Under the pieces are notes generated by a model. It was not told the DNA's origin, searched no databases, and was given only the letters and a program-made list of their open reading frames with translations. DNA of 64,000 bases from Octopus sinensis (Eukaryota): positions 8,680,001 through 8,744,000 of the forward strand of contig NC_043021.1 of assembly GCF_006345805.1 (NCBI RefSeq), in the 5' to 3' direction. A program made the position numbers and the translations under genes. Positions 1-12,291 of this stretch are shown piece by piece. Each line of letters begins with the position of its first letter. The first letter of the stretch is position 1.

Positions 1-199
1 AAGTCCCATTAACATAGAATTCTAAGTTCTATGTTCTAAATCTACCAAAATTAATTCTGATTTTAGTGTTTCTTCATTGGTTCATTAGAATACAGTTTAA
101 CACATGTGGATCACACAAAATATCGTGAGTTGGAAATTTGAGAGAATTATCATTGTTTATAAACATTTTCTGATGCTGGTTTAATTTATTTTGTGGCAA

Positions 200-420
200 A
201 CCAAGGGAAAAGTACACAGTTTAGTAGGACCCGCTTTACAAGATTCCGGGTTTACGAGTTTTATTTTTCAAGTACAAGATCTAAATTTTAAACAAAGTGC
301 AAAAGTTTCTACTATCATAACAAATGCTTCAGCGTGTTACCGAGAAATTTATAGAGACCGAAAAAAAAGCTTCTTCTAAGAAAACAACTCTAGACTTGTT
401 TTTAAAAAAGAAATCTACAA
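200..420 (+). mobile_element. Degenerate Tigger/pogo-like transposase C-terminal remnant
   Basis: Two overlapping ORFs joined by a frameshift in an A-run give QVQDLNFKQSAKVSTIITNASACYREIYRDRKK/ASSKKTTLDLFLKK, like the Tigger-type C-terminal ACYREI...TLD motif. Confidence 0.55.
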
Positions 421-520
421 GTCCGTCTACGTGTGCTTGTGAATCGGCGATCTCGTCTACAAGTGGTGTGCGCGAGTCTAGTGCGAGCGAAGGTTATTCA
501 GAAAACTATTATATTCATAA

Positions 521-767
521 TATTGGGTTGGTGCATAATTATTGCGGCTTTTTTTTTTTTTCAACAAATTTTATTCAACAAAAACAAAAACAACATGTGA
601 CAAAAACATCTTTAAATGATTATTCCGAAGCATATTCACCATCTACTTCAATTACTGTTTCCCATTTTCTTGGTAGACGGTCAGACCCTCATTTAAAGAT
701 ATTTTTGTTAAATATTATTATTGGTTTTGTTGAATAAAAGCCGCAATAATTATGCACCAACCCAATA
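521..767. mobile_element. Mariner-type MITE (Hsmar1/MADE1-like TIR)
   Basis: TA-flanked inverted repeats TTGGGTTGGTGCATAATTATTGCGGCTTTT / AAAAGCCGCAATAATTATGCACCAACCCAA; no ORF. Confidence 0.85.
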
Positions 768-1173
768 TTTTTTTTTTTTATAAATCATTTTAACATTCTT
801 TTTATTTTACATAAGATCATCTTTAATACAAATGATTCTTCACTTCATTAAAAATAATTAAAAATTACTTCAGTTAATTAGAACTAAGAATTGTTAACTA
901 CAGCAGATTTTGACCTTAAGGCATCCGAAAATAAAAATAGTGTAAGGTGTTTAGTTTGATTTATGCGTTCAAATCAACTGACTCAGGGCCCTTTCTGTAT
1001 GGACACTGATCGCTTAAACTTTCATTAAAATGTATACAATGCTTACATTTGTAAACAATTTGTAAACATACAAGCATTTCTGAACAATGCACATAGTTGT
1101 AATTTATTTTTAAACGTACGTCCATTTTTAACGTTTTGTAAATATGCAATAATTTGTAAACAACTTATTGGAT

Positions 1174-1541
1174 TGGAAGCACTCCGTCGGTTACGACGAC
1201 GAGGGTTCCGGTTGATCCGAATCAACGGAACAGCCTGCTCGTGAAATTAACGTGTAAGTGGCTGAGCACTCCACAGACACGTGTACCCTTAACGTACTTC
1301 TCGGGGATATTCAGCGTGACACAGAGTGTGACAAGGCTGGCCCTTTGAAATACAGGTACAACAGAAACAGGAAGTAAGAGTGAGAGAAAGTTGTGGTGAA
1401 AGAGTACAGCAGGGATCACCACCATCCCCTGCCGGAGCCTCGTGGAGCTTTTAGGTGTTTTCGCTCAATAAACACTCACAACGCCCGGTCTGGGAATCGA
1501 AACCGCGATCCTACGACCGCGAGTCCGCTGCCCTAACCACT
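1174..1541 (-). mobile_element. tRNA-derived SINE, family C (slightly 5'-truncated)
   Basis: Near-identical to 26765-27145 and 39797-40179; tRNA-like head with B-box GGTTTCGATTCCC. Confidence 0.85.
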
Positions 1542-1843
1542 ATAAACTATATACTACATCTAAATGTACATATATTTGTAAATGGCATAAATATTTGGAA
1601 TTTATTTATAATCATAATACCAGTTGTAAACAATTTGGAAACGTAAATTCATTTGTAAATAATGTAAATATGTATAAACAATGTAAATATATACAAACAA
1701 TTTCTAAACGTACATACACCTGTAAACCATACAAATGTGTGTAAACAAGATGCAAATATACATTATTTGTAAATAATAAATGTACTTGTAACCAATTTGT
1801 AAAAATACATAGATTTACAAATTGTTCCAAAATATTTATATTG

Positions 1844-2413
1844 TATTGGGTTGTCCGGAAAGTTCGTGCCGATTAATAGTAGCTTGCATTTCGACTTATT
1901 TTAGATCATGGTTGAGTCCATAAAATAGGATTTGACTACACCTCCATTTAGAGCACAGTTTAAGCTATCTTTTCGTGGAAGAAGATTTTATGTTCCTATA
2001 ACTTGTGTTAATTCTGTAACCCTTTAAAATGGAAGAGAAGAAAGTGCATTTTCGGCAGTTGATGCTTTGGGAACCAGACAAAAATTGCTGCATCTCGGCT
2101 GGGATGTGTTACCCTACCCTCCATATTCACCAGATATTCCTCCTTCGGATTTCCACTTATTCAGGTCTCTGCAGAATAGTCTTAATGGTAAAAATTTCAA
2201 TTCCTTGGATGACGTAAAAAGATAGCTTGATGAATTCTTTGCCATGAAACCACGTCAATTCTGGGAAGGGGGCATTTTCAAGTTAATGCAAAGATGGAAA
2301 CGCATTGCGCAAAAAATGGTTCATATTTGGTTGATTAAAAATGCAATGGCATGTATTTATTGATCTTTTTCTTTCCTTTAAAAATTGGCACGAACTTTCT
2401 GGACAACCCAATA
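1844..2413 (+). mobile_element. Internally deleted mariner transposon
   Basis: TA-flanked ~28-bp TIRs (TTGGGTTGTCCGGAAAGTTCGTGCCGATT, 2 mismatches). N-terminal MEEKKVHFRQLMLWE is fused to C-terminal WDVLPYPPYSPDIPPSDFHLFRSLQNSLNGKNF (YSPD-x-x-PSD motif); has an in-frame stop and a frameshift. Confidence 0.9.
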
Positions 2414-2695
2414 AAAATGTAAATATTTGCGTACAACTCATAATAATATATACAAATGAAATTAATTTGTAAAATTACCCACGTTTGTAAATAATGCAAA
2501 TACATATACGCAATTAGCAGACATACATACATTTTTAATGCAAATATGTATAAATAATTTGTAAACATTCCTTTGTAAGCAATTTAGTAGCATAGTAACT
2601 ATTCGTATAATGTAAATATGTGTAAAGAATTTTTAAACATGTAGAGGTGTAAACGTGTGTAAAATGTTTCTAAACATAGATATTTTTGTAATATG

Positions 2696-2926
2696 TACGA
2701 GGGTGAGGTGAAAAATTCCTTACTTAGGGTAAAAGAAAATCCCTTCGGATCAGTAAATTATGATTTTATTAAGTATATTCCCCTTCTCAGATTCAAAAAC
2801 GTATTGCGGTGGTCCTTCAGTTTTTCTAAGTCCTGTAAAAAAAAAAAAAAAACTCGGAGCGTTGCACCTCCAGCCAGGCCTTTTGCAATACCCTTAAAGC
2901 CAGGGACTTATCAGTAACCACTCGTA
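2696..2926 (-). mobile_element. Degraded mariner-type MITE
   Basis: TACGAG...CTCGTA termini with diverged TIRs; short transposase-tail-like remnant on the minus strand. Confidence 0.6.
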
Positions 2927-2979
2927 AGTATTGTAAAATATGTGAGAGCATTTTATGTGTGTATGTATATATATATATA

Positions 2980-3209
2980 TTTCTTTACTACCCACAAGGG
3001 GCTAAACACAGAGGGGACAAACAAGGACAGACAAACGGATTAAGTCGATTACATCGATCCCAGTGCGCAACTGGTACTTAATTTATCGACCCCGAAAGGA
3101 TGAAAGGCAAAGTCGACCTCGGTGAAATTTGAACTCAGAACGTAACGGCAGACGAAATACAGCTACGCATTTCGCCCAGCGTGCTAACGTTTCTGCCAGC
3201 TCGCCGCCT
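2980..3209 (-). mobile_element. tRNA-derived SINE, family A
   Basis: Reverse complement of AAGGCGGCGAGCTGGCAGAAACGTTAGC...GAGTTCAAAT head plus GTCGACTTTGCCTTTCATCC body; many copies in the window. Confidence 0.85.
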
Positions 3210-3213
3210 TATT

Positions 3214-3253
<40 letters not shown>

Positions 3254-3444
3254 CTATCCTTCCATCCATCCACTCATACATACATACATACACACACACA
3301 CACAAATATATATATATATATATACATATACATGTAGCCAATTTGTAAACCATCAATTACAGGTAAGCAATACTTAAACAGAATGTTTAAGGCTTAACAT
3401 AAACGCCAACAACGGTAGATGGAATATTGCAGCACTGTTTGTCT

Positions 3445-3446
<2 letters not shown>

Positions 3447-3506
<60 letters not shown>

Positions 3507-3546
3507 ACACACACACACACATAAAGAGAGAGAGAAAGATTGAGAG
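3447..3546. repeat. (CA)n/(GA)n microsatellite
   Basis: Direct reading. Confidence 0.95.
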
Positions 3547-4292
3547 AGGTTGAGAAGAAAGTGCCATTCTTGCTACATTCACCCATCTTTTTTTAAAACT
3601 TCGCTAGACAAAACTTGCCTCTCTACTCTCACTTTCTTTTCAAGTGGTACTTGAAGAAGTTGATGAATAGACCAGAGAGGAAAGTGTTTGTCTCCAATCC
3701 TTTCAGACGCGTCCACCAGATACATTCTTTCGCCATAGCCACAAGGATGATGAAAATAGCTCTTCCTCCCGTTTGAAGGAAGGAGGCGTGACAATATTGA
3801 CGATAGACTAGCTGATAAACCGATCGTCCCACACGTGACAGCAGTTGTTCGACATAAGCCCACAGGTCGGAAATTGTTGGACACTGAACGAGTGCGTGCA
3901 GAACGGTTTCGTCGCTCTGACCGCATCTCGGCAGGTCGGCCCCGTGTTTCTGAGCCGGTCTGTAGAGCTTATCCCGAACGGGTAGCGCTTCTCGGTAGCA
4001 CTGCCAGGCCAGGGATCTCTGGAAGTTGTCCTGGGCCCTGGCCCGAAGTCGTCCCGAACGGCGGGTCAGGTACTCCTCGTCGACGTCCAGGTTCGCCCGA
4101 GCTCGTCGTCGTACCTCCCCTCCACTAAACCCTATAGAATGCTTTGGTTGTGTTGAAGTCACTTAAGGTCGACCCAGGTACGGCAGAGTTGCTTGAGAGC
4201 AACGCGACACTCGCGGTGCCATTCGCCCTTCCTCGGCCTCTTTTTGATCCACGACGGCAGTTCGTCATGAGACGAGCTGCGGGAAAGCGTGC
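3547..4292 (-). mobile_element. Tx1/L1-clade LINE ORF2 3' fragment (frameshifted)
   Basis: FQRSLAWQCYREALPVRDKLYR and zinc knuckle (C)PRCGQSDETVLHALVQC, ending KYHLKRKVRVERQVLSSEV; homologous to 47050-47780 and 47950-49910. Confidence 0.8.
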
Positions 4293-4369
4293 CTAGATAG
4301 ATAGATAGATAGGTAGTAGATATGTAGGTAGATAGAAAGATAGATAGATAGATAGGTAGGTAGGTAGAT

Positions 4370-4449
<80 letters not shown>
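4293..4449. repeat. (AGAT)n microsatellite
   Basis: Direct reading. Confidence 0.95.
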
Positions 4450-4770
4450 GTGTGAATGTCGACTATATATAACATCTTTTAAATATATATTAAGTCACGT
4501 TATGAAAATATCAAAAAAAATCTGTAAAGAAATCACAAGATCCCTACTAACCGAGATGTTGTTCAAAATGAATCCGCATCGGTTCCCTAATTTTTCAGTT
4601 ACCAAAGTTATAAGAAATTTATATTGTCTTATGAATAATGAAAAAAAAAAAAAATTTACTAACGTAAAGTCATTTAGATTACGGTATGAGATTGGCGCAG
4701 CGGATTTCAAAGTTACCAATACAGTACAGTTATGAGTAAATATGTACAGGTAAACCATATTCTATGATGT

Positions 4771-5004
4771 TAAGGCGGCGAGCTGGCAGAAACATTAGCA
4801 CGCCGGGTGAAATGCGTGGCCGTATTTCGTCTGCCGTTACATTCTGAGTTCAAATTCCGCCGAGGTCGACTTTGCCTTTCATCCTTTCGGGGTCGATAAA
4901 TTAAGTACCAGTTACGCACTGGGGTCGATGTAATCGACTTAATCCCTTTGTCTGTCCTTGATTGTCCTCTCTGTGTTTAGCCCCTTGTGGGTAGTAAAGA
5001 AATA
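4771..5004 (+). mobile_element. SINE family A, full length with 15-bp TSD
   Basis: TSD CATATTCTATGATGT at 4756-4770 and 5005-5019. Confidence 0.92.
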
Positions 5005-5240
5005 CATATTCTATGATGTACATCAGTGGCTCTCAACAGGGGTCCACATGGCCCTTGGGAGTCCATTCAAGATTTTGTTAAGATCTAACTGCAATAAATT
5101 GGTTATAATTCTGCAGTACACAAAACATTTTAGCAACTTTTTTTCTTATACAATTTCTAATAGTATTTAATCATAAAATTTTAACAGGATGTTTTTTTAA
5201 AGACTGATTAGCTTCGAGGGTCTACCCTAGTAAAATAGGA

Positions 5241-5603
5241 GTAAGTAGCTTGCTTACCAACCACATGGTTCCGGGTTCAACCCCACTGCGAGGCACCTTG
5301 GGCAAGTGTCTTCTACTATAGCCTCGGGCCAACCAAAGCCCTGTGAGTGGATTTGGTAGACGGAAACTGAAAGAAGCCCGTCGTATATATGTATGTATAT
5401 ATGTATGTGTGTGTATATGTTTGTGTGTCTGTGTTTCTCCCCCAACATCGCTTGACAACCGATGCTGGTGTGTTTACGTCCCCGTAACTTAGCGGTTCGG
5501 CAAAACACACCGATAGAATAAGTCCTGGGGTCAATTTGCTCGACTAAAGGCGGTGTTCCAGCATGGCCGCAGTCTAATGACTGAAACAAGTAAAAAATAA
5601 AAG
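5241..5603 (+). mobile_element. Bipartite SINE family T (tRNA-like head, internal TA/TG microsatellite, 3' module)
   Basis: Matches about 15 other copies; B-box-like GGTTCAA/GTCCC; tail GACTGAAACAAGTAAAA. Confidence 0.85.
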
Positions 5604-5606
5604 ATT

Positions 5607-5645
<39 letters not shown>

Positions 5646-5647
5646 CG

Positions 5648-5741
5648 CGACGAGTTTCTTTCCATCTCCGTCTACCAAATACACTCACAAGGTTTTGATT
5701 GGTCTGAGGCTATAGAAGAAGACACTTGCCCAAGGTGCCAC
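5648..5741 (-). mobile_element. SINE family T, partial 5' module
   Basis: Diverged reverse complement of the family T head/body. Confidence 0.65.
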
Positions 5742-5789
5742 TCAGATATCACACGCACTCACATATGCACTCCATTATGTTAATATCGC

Positions 5790-6218
5790 AAGGCGGCGAG
5801 CTGGTAGAATCGTTAGCACGCCGGACGAAATGCTTAGCAGTATTTCGTCTGCCGCTCCGTTCTGAGTTCAAATTCCGCCGAGGTCGACTTTGCCTTTCAT
5901 CCTTTCGGGGCCGATAAATTAATTACCAGTTACGCACTGGGGTCGATGTAATCGACTTAATCGCTTTGTCTGTCCTTATTTGTCCTCTCTATGTTTAGCC
6001 CCTTGTGGGCAATAAAGAAATAAGAAACGTTAGCGTGTTGGGTGAAATGCTTAGCAGTATTTTGCCCGTCGCTACGTTCTGAGTTCAAATTCCGCCGTGG
6101 TCGACTTTATCTTTCATCTTTTCAGGGTCGAATAATTAAGTACCAGTGAAACATTAGGGTCGATGTAATTGACTAGTCCCCTCCCCCAAATTTTAGGCCT
6201 TGTTCTTATTAGTAGAAA
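5790..6218 (+). mobile_element. Two tandem SINE family A copies (5790-6021 full; 6022-6218 5'-truncated)
   Basis: Repeated GAGTTCAAATTCCGCC and GTCGACTTT motifs. Confidence 0.8.
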
Positions 6219-6947
6219 TGATTATGTTAGTATCGCCTGAATCGCTACTAATTTCTACATTCTCAGTTTCTCTCTCTCCTTCATATACACTCTTTCTCTC
6301 ACACCGCCATTTACACAATTATTTCTGCGCATAACCAACACGAATTCTTTGCTCAATACATAGTCTTCTGCCAGAAGGCATCTATCAATAACGCCATCCG
6401 TTCAGCCAATATTTTGCATATTGGGTTTATAACATATACAGACATATTTGTTCTCCAACTCTGATCTGAAATTAAACAGCAGTAACACCGAAGCTCGCAT
6501 TGGATGATGTAATCTTAGATTGGAAAATTAGATATACAATGTCTGAATAAAATACAGGATGGTCGCGATTGGAACACCACTGATCATAGGTCTGATGGAC
6601 CGCCTTTGGTCATAGGTCTTTGGATTTAGTCTAATCCCAGGTTAAACATCACCAGAAGCTTAAGTTTCTTTCTTTACTAAGCTGTTTGTATAAGGAAGTC
6701 CATGCCGTTGATTTAGTATTTCTGTTATCTTCAAAGATATCTTCTGTGAATCAATTTTCATCAGTTTAGGCAAAAACTGTTCAAAATTGATGTTTCTCAA
6801 TAATTCCGTCTTTAAGTTGTCTTCATTTTTCTCCCTTTTTTCTTGCTATTTATCCCGCTCAATTCCTTGACGTTTCTAAAAGTTCATAGATTCCATACCA
6901 TAAAAATATATCCCCCCCCCAGTCTTTAGGAATTGATATATATATAT

Positions 6948-7162
6948 TCTTTTCTACTCTAGGCATAAGGCCTGAAATTTTGGGGGAGTGGGACTAGTCG
7001 ATTAGTTCGACTCCAGTACGCAACTGGTACTTAATTTATCAATCCCCGAAAGGGTGAAAGGCAAAGTCGACCTCGGCGGAATTTGAACTCAGAACGTAGC
7101 GGCAGACGAAATACTGCAAAGCATTTCGCCCGGTGTGCTAACGTTTCTGCCAGCTCGCCGCC
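6948..7162 (-). mobile_element. SINE family A
   Basis: Reverse complement of the family A consensus. Confidence 0.85.
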
Positions 7163-7255
7163 CTATAACGAATGATATTACTGTCATGATATTGGTTTCA
7201 AATTTTGACACAGGGCCACCAATTTTAAGGGAGGAGCAAGTCGGTTGCATCGACC

Positions 7256-7295
<40 letters not shown>

Positions 7296-7296
<1 letters not shown>

Positions 7297-7545
7297 CAAA
7301 CATGGGACAAGAACGCAAAACATCCAGACAGTTAGGTGATACAAAAATGGGACAACAAAACATCCAGATAGACGATACAAAGAAAACAAGGACGGGTTAT
7401 TCGGAGTTTTCTTTCCTCAGTCGAGTTCCACATTATCTTTGCAATTTCGGCTGGTTATGCTCGAGATTGCTCCCAATCTGACCAGCCGCAAGGAAAAAAC
7501 TAAGCTAAGAGCACTAGATTCCTTGGAAGAAAGCAGCGATATACG
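7296..7545. mobile_element. Probable Penelope-like element terminal fragment next to (TA)n
   Basis: Shares ATGGGACAAGAACGCAAAACAT...GACGATACAAA...GGACGGGT with 51942-52040; the family assignment is inference. Confidence 0.45.
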
Positions 7546-7625
7546 CACATACATACGTTCAAACACACACAGATACACATACACATAGACATATACACAA
7601 GCTCAGACAATGAACTTCCATACCC

Positions 7626-8040
7626 TTTACTCTTTTACTTGTTTCAGTCATTTGACTGCGGCCATGCTGGAGCACCGCCTTTAGTCGAGCAACTCGACCC
7701 TGGGACTTATTCTTTTTGTAAACCCAGTACTTATTCTATCGGTCTCTTTTTGCCGAACCGCTAAGTGACGGGGACGTAAACACACCAGCATCGGTTGTCA
7801 AGCAATGCTGGGGGGACAAACACAGACACACAAACATACACGCACACACACACACATATATATATACACATATATACGACGGGCTTCTTTCAGTTTCCGT
7901 CTACCAAATCCACTCACAAGGCTTTGGTCGGCCCGAGGCTATAGTAGAAGACACTTGCCCAAGGTGCCACGCAGTGGGACTGAACCCGGAACCATGTGGT
8001 TGGTAAACAAGCTACTTTACCACACAGCCACTCCTGCGCC
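7626..8040 (-). mobile_element. SINE family T, full length
   Basis: Head GGCGCAGGAGTGGCTGTGTGG to AGTAAAAGAGTAAA tail on the minus strand. Confidence 0.88.
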
Positions 8041-8252
8041 TATACAAATACTTTTTTATGAAATTTCACTAGCAAGTTATTGATTAACATGAATTCATTG
8101 CAGAGGGCGTGTAATGGCACTGAACTCGTGACTACACGCTTGTGAATTGAACTTCTTAATCATAGAACCATGATTAACGCACCTATTTGATCTCATTAAA
8201 TTCTCATTCATTTCCACAATCACTTTGGTTCTTAAATTAGCATATATTACTT

Positions 8253-8462
8253 TTATATGTGTGCGAGTGTGTTTCGGTGTGAGTGTCTGTATGAGCGTGT
8301 GAGCGTGTGTGTAAGTATGTGTGGCGTGATGAGTGTGTTTATGTATCTATGAGCATGTGTGTATGCCTCCGTATATGCATCTGTACGCTCAGTGTAATGA
8401 GTCTGCATGCGTATGTGTGTGCATGCGTATGTGTATTTGTATATATGTGTGTATGAGTGTGC

Positions 8463-8498
<36 letters not shown>

Positions 8499-8585
8499 GC
8501 ACACACACACACATATATACATACACATATACACACACTCACACAGACATATATATATATATATATACACACCATATATATATAT

Positions 8586-8616
<31 letters not shown>

Positions 8617-8690
8617 CACACACTATATATATATATATACACACACACATATATATATATATACACACACACATATATATATATATATAT

Positions 8691-8747
<57 letters not shown>

Positions 8748-8863
8748 TATATATATATATACACATATATATATATATACACATATATATATATATACAC
8801 ACACTATATATATATATATATATATATGCATACAAATATATATGTGTATTTATATATATGTGC

Positions 8864-8946
<83 letters not shown>

Positions 8947-8985
8947 GTATGTAGGTAGGTATGTATGTATGTATATATATATATC
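8253..8985. repeat. Compound (TG)/(TA)/(CA) microsatellite
   Basis: Direct reading; source of several spurious YI-rich ORFs. Confidence 0.95.
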
Positions 8986-9161
8986 AGTCTGTCTCATAGT
9001 TCTTGTGTGTATATGTTTATTTTCAGCTATCTTAGTTATCTTCATCTTATTTAGCCTTTTCTGATTGATTCAATTCCCACTTTATTTGTTTATAATTACA
9101 ATTCATTTATATATCAGACTTTATATTTATTCAAAATAATTATATTATAGTGATTAAATAA

Positions 9162-9341
9162 TTATAAATCTAATTCTTTCGTAATACTCTTGCCGACATA
9201 TTTGATTTTATGCTTGTCTCTATCTCCTAGTGTTTCTGTCAGTCTGCGTGAACGATCTAATTTTCTTTCTGTATTCTCAAGATCTTCATCGAGGAAAGCG
9301 ACATGAAAAGTCAAAGCTTCCATGCAAGATTTATAAAATAA
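9162..9341 (-). other. Candidate terminal coding segment, heptad coiled coil resembling the Hv C-terminus
   Basis: Stop-to-stop frame LFYKSCMEALTFHVAFLDEDLENTERKLDRSRRLTETLGDRDKHKIKYVGKSITKELDL* with a/d hydrophobic periodicity; no in-frame splice acceptor found. Confidence 0.25.
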
Positions 9342-9606
9342 TCATTTCTAGCCTAATTCTGACTTTTCTTGTTATGTAAAAGCAGGTTTAGAAGAAGAAA
9401 TTTGGTATATTTCTCCTCCTGGAGGTAAAGATGATTATTTAAGATTTCCTGGTGATATATTAAGCTATTCTACGTCTGCGATTACAAGTGCAAAACAAGA
9501 AAAATATGTATTTAATGCATGCTGCACGGCACCTTAGCTTCGGACAGACTAATATATTGTGTGTGAATTTGGTTCATGGAAACTGTGTGGAACCGTCGTC
9601 TGTTTG

Positions 9607-9607
<1 letters not shown>

Positions 9608-9669
<62 letters not shown>

Positions 9670-10449
9670 GTCTGTCTGTCTGTTTATCTATCTACCTGTA
9701 TGTCTATGGATCTATCTGTCTGTCTGTCTGTCTATGTATCTAACTATCTATCTGTCAGTCAGTCTGTACATATGCACATGCAAGCACACACATGCACACA
9801 CACGCACTCACAGACACACGCACACATCTTTTACCTTTTATCGTGTACTTGTTTCAGTCAATGGACCGAGGCTATGCTGGAGCACTGCCTTGATGCTGAG
9901 GTACGGCTCCTTGCGTTTGTATCTGTCCCCTACCACTTCCACACAGACGGTATTGTGTTGTTTACATCTCCTTAACTTCGCGGTTCGGTAAAAGAACGAT
10001 CGATCAAATAATTACTGAGCTTGATTTGTTCAACTTAGAGCCTTCAAGGTGGTGCCTCAGCATGGCTGCAGTCCAATGACTGAAGCAAGTAAAAGGTCAA
10101 AGCGTAATTTGCTTAAAATTGATGATTCAATCCATAACAACTCTGTTCCATGACTTGGTGTTCTTATTCATGTTTTTTGTTTGTTTGTTTTTCTGTTGTT
10201 GTTCTTACCTAAGGATCCGGTTATGAAGAGTCTTACGCAAGCAACCTTCTGACAATTATCGTCTTATTTTCGCCTACAGCCATCGCTTGTGACGAGAAGC
10301 GCTGTGCAGTGAGGAAGTGACTGGCAGCTGTTGCCAAAGTGTGTCGAAACTACGTATTCTTAGCGAGACAGCTGATGAGGGGTAATTTACGCTTATTTGT
10401 TGTTTAACCTTGTCTTGTGTGTGTTTTTGCCATTTGTGCATATTACTTT

Positions 10450-10523
<74 letters not shown>

Positions 10524-11309
10524 GTCTGTCTGTCTGTCTGTTTATCTATCTACCTGTATGTCTATGGATCTATCTGTCTGTCTGTCTGTCTATGTATCTA
10601 ACTATCTATCTGTCAGTCAGTCTGTACATATGCACATGCAAGCACACACATGCACACACACGCACTCACAGACACACGCACACATCTTTTACCTTTTATC
10701 GTGTACTTGTTTCAGTCAATGGACCGAGGCTATGCTGGAGCACTGCCTTGATGCTGAGGTACGGCTCCTTGCGTTTGTATCTGTCCCCTACCACTTCCAC
10801 ACAGACGGTATTGTGTTGTTTACATCTCCTTAACTTCGCGGTTCGGTAAAAGAACGATCGATCAAATAATTACTGAGCTTGATTTGTTCAACTTAGAGCC
10901 TTCAAGGTGGTGCCTCAGCATGGCTGCAGTCCAATGACTGAAGCAAGTAAAAGGTCAAAGCGTAATTTGCTTAAAATTGATGATTCAATCCATAACAACT
11001 CTGTTCCATGACTTGGTGTTCTTATTCATGTTTTTTTTTGTTTGTTTTTTTTCTGTTGTTGTTCTTACCTAAGGATCCGGTTATGAAGAGTCTTACGCAA
11101 GCAACCTTCTGACAATTATCGTCTTATTTTCGCCTACAGCCATCGCTTGTGACGAGAAGCGCTGTGCAGTGAGGAAGTGACTGGCAGCTGTTGCCAAAGT
11201 GTGTCGAAACTACGTATTCTTAGCGAGACAGCTGATGAGGGGTAATTTACGCTTATTTGTTGTTTAACCTTGTCTTGTGTGTGTTTTTGCCATTTGTGCA
11301 TATTACTTT

Positions 11310-11371
<62 letters not shown>
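9608..11371. repeat. Near-identical tandem duplication, 860-bp period, two copies, bounded by (CTAT)n
   Basis: GCTTATTTGTTG at 10391 and 11251; copies differ visibly only in repeat and homopolymer lengths; each contains a diverged family T remnant. Confidence 0.92.
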
Positions 11372-11373
<2 letters not shown>

Positions 11374-12291
11374 CCTATATCTCTCTCTCTATATATATAT
11401 ATATATGTATACATACATATTATGTTTAATATACTCATTCGCACACATACAAGTATACACACGCACAGATATAGATGTGTGCGTATAAATATGAGATTAA
11501 ACGAAAATTGGCGCAGCAATATGAAACCTGATCCTAAGAGTTTATACGGAAATTGGTTTCCCTCCCTAAAGCCAAACGCACTGAAGACAACTAACTCTAC
11601 ACTTCAAAGAACTCAACGTAAAGTATGGAGAACGTACAGCTTCCTCTTACACATATCGCTCACAGCAAAAAAAAAACAAAAAAAATCCAGAACATTGAAC
11701 ATTAACAAAACTCGTATGGAACTGTAATTATGGTAATTTGAGATTTGAGATCAACATATTTTGCAGCAAATATATCAAAAATATATATAGATATGTATAG
11801 ATATTTTATTGCATTTTTTTTCTTTTGGGTTACTTTTTCTTGTTTTTTGTATTGTTGAGTTTAAGAGACGTTCAGCAATGCGTTTCTCATTTCGATTCAA
11901 GTGTGGTGTTAATTAAGTAAAGTTGTACTCCGTTATTTCTGTTATACACCAAAAAACTTGAGTGATATCAACAGAAATTTTCAGACGTTGGAGAGATATT
12001 TCAGGACATATATAGCTGCCCGACTCATAGGACATATGGTTGCACGAGTCCTGAATCACATGGCATATAGCCACGTGTATCACTAAAAGAAAACCCACAG
12101 GACTCACACCAAAAGAGCCAAAGGTTTGGATATGTCCAAGGAACTCGATTCTTGTATTTTCTGTTGTCACCCCTGTAGAGAGGATAATAAACAGACACCC
12201 TTCAAACCTATAAACAACAAACACAAGGAAATATTTCCACTACGGCCAGAATACTTAAGGGGTCGCTGGACTTGTGGGAAAAAAAATCAAT

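Larger units (their letters stand above)
1040..2690. repeat. Degenerate TGTAAA-rich array interrupted by a SINE and a mariner
   Basis: Recurrent (A)TTTGTAAA(CA) units at 1040-1165, 1545-1843 and 2414-2690. Confidence 0.6.

Noticed and set aside
1222-1425. Near-identical 67-aa ORF MVVIPAVLFHHNFLSLLL... (also at 26897 and 39845)
   Set aside because: Lies inside SINE family C copies
6660-6850. Minus-strand open stretch QEKREKNEDNLKTELLRNINFEQFLPKLMK...
   Set aside because: No start, weak acceptor, no recognisable homology
7805-8083. Recurrent ORF ...IRRASFSFRLPNPLTRLWSARGYSRRHLPKVPRSGTEPGTMWLVSKLL (also at 5222, 12255, 30102, 44610, 53134, 54619 and 63621)
   Set aside because: Antisense reading of SINE family T; a repeat, not a gene family
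8253-9064. Long YI/IYLS/KE/poly-L ORFs (also at 35217, 36657, 45308-45832, 50008, 55524 and 61541)
   Set aside because: Translations of microsatellites lacking stops in some frames
9353-9540. Plus-strand DFSCYVKAGLEEEIWYISPPG resembling the copia RT motif (LEEEIY..PPG)
   Set aside because: Short, no other RT motifs or LTRs nearby; may be chance
10340-10395. GAAAC...GTA...CTGATGAG in permuted (type II hammerhead) order within the 860-bp unit
   Set aside because: Stems I and II cannot pair in register
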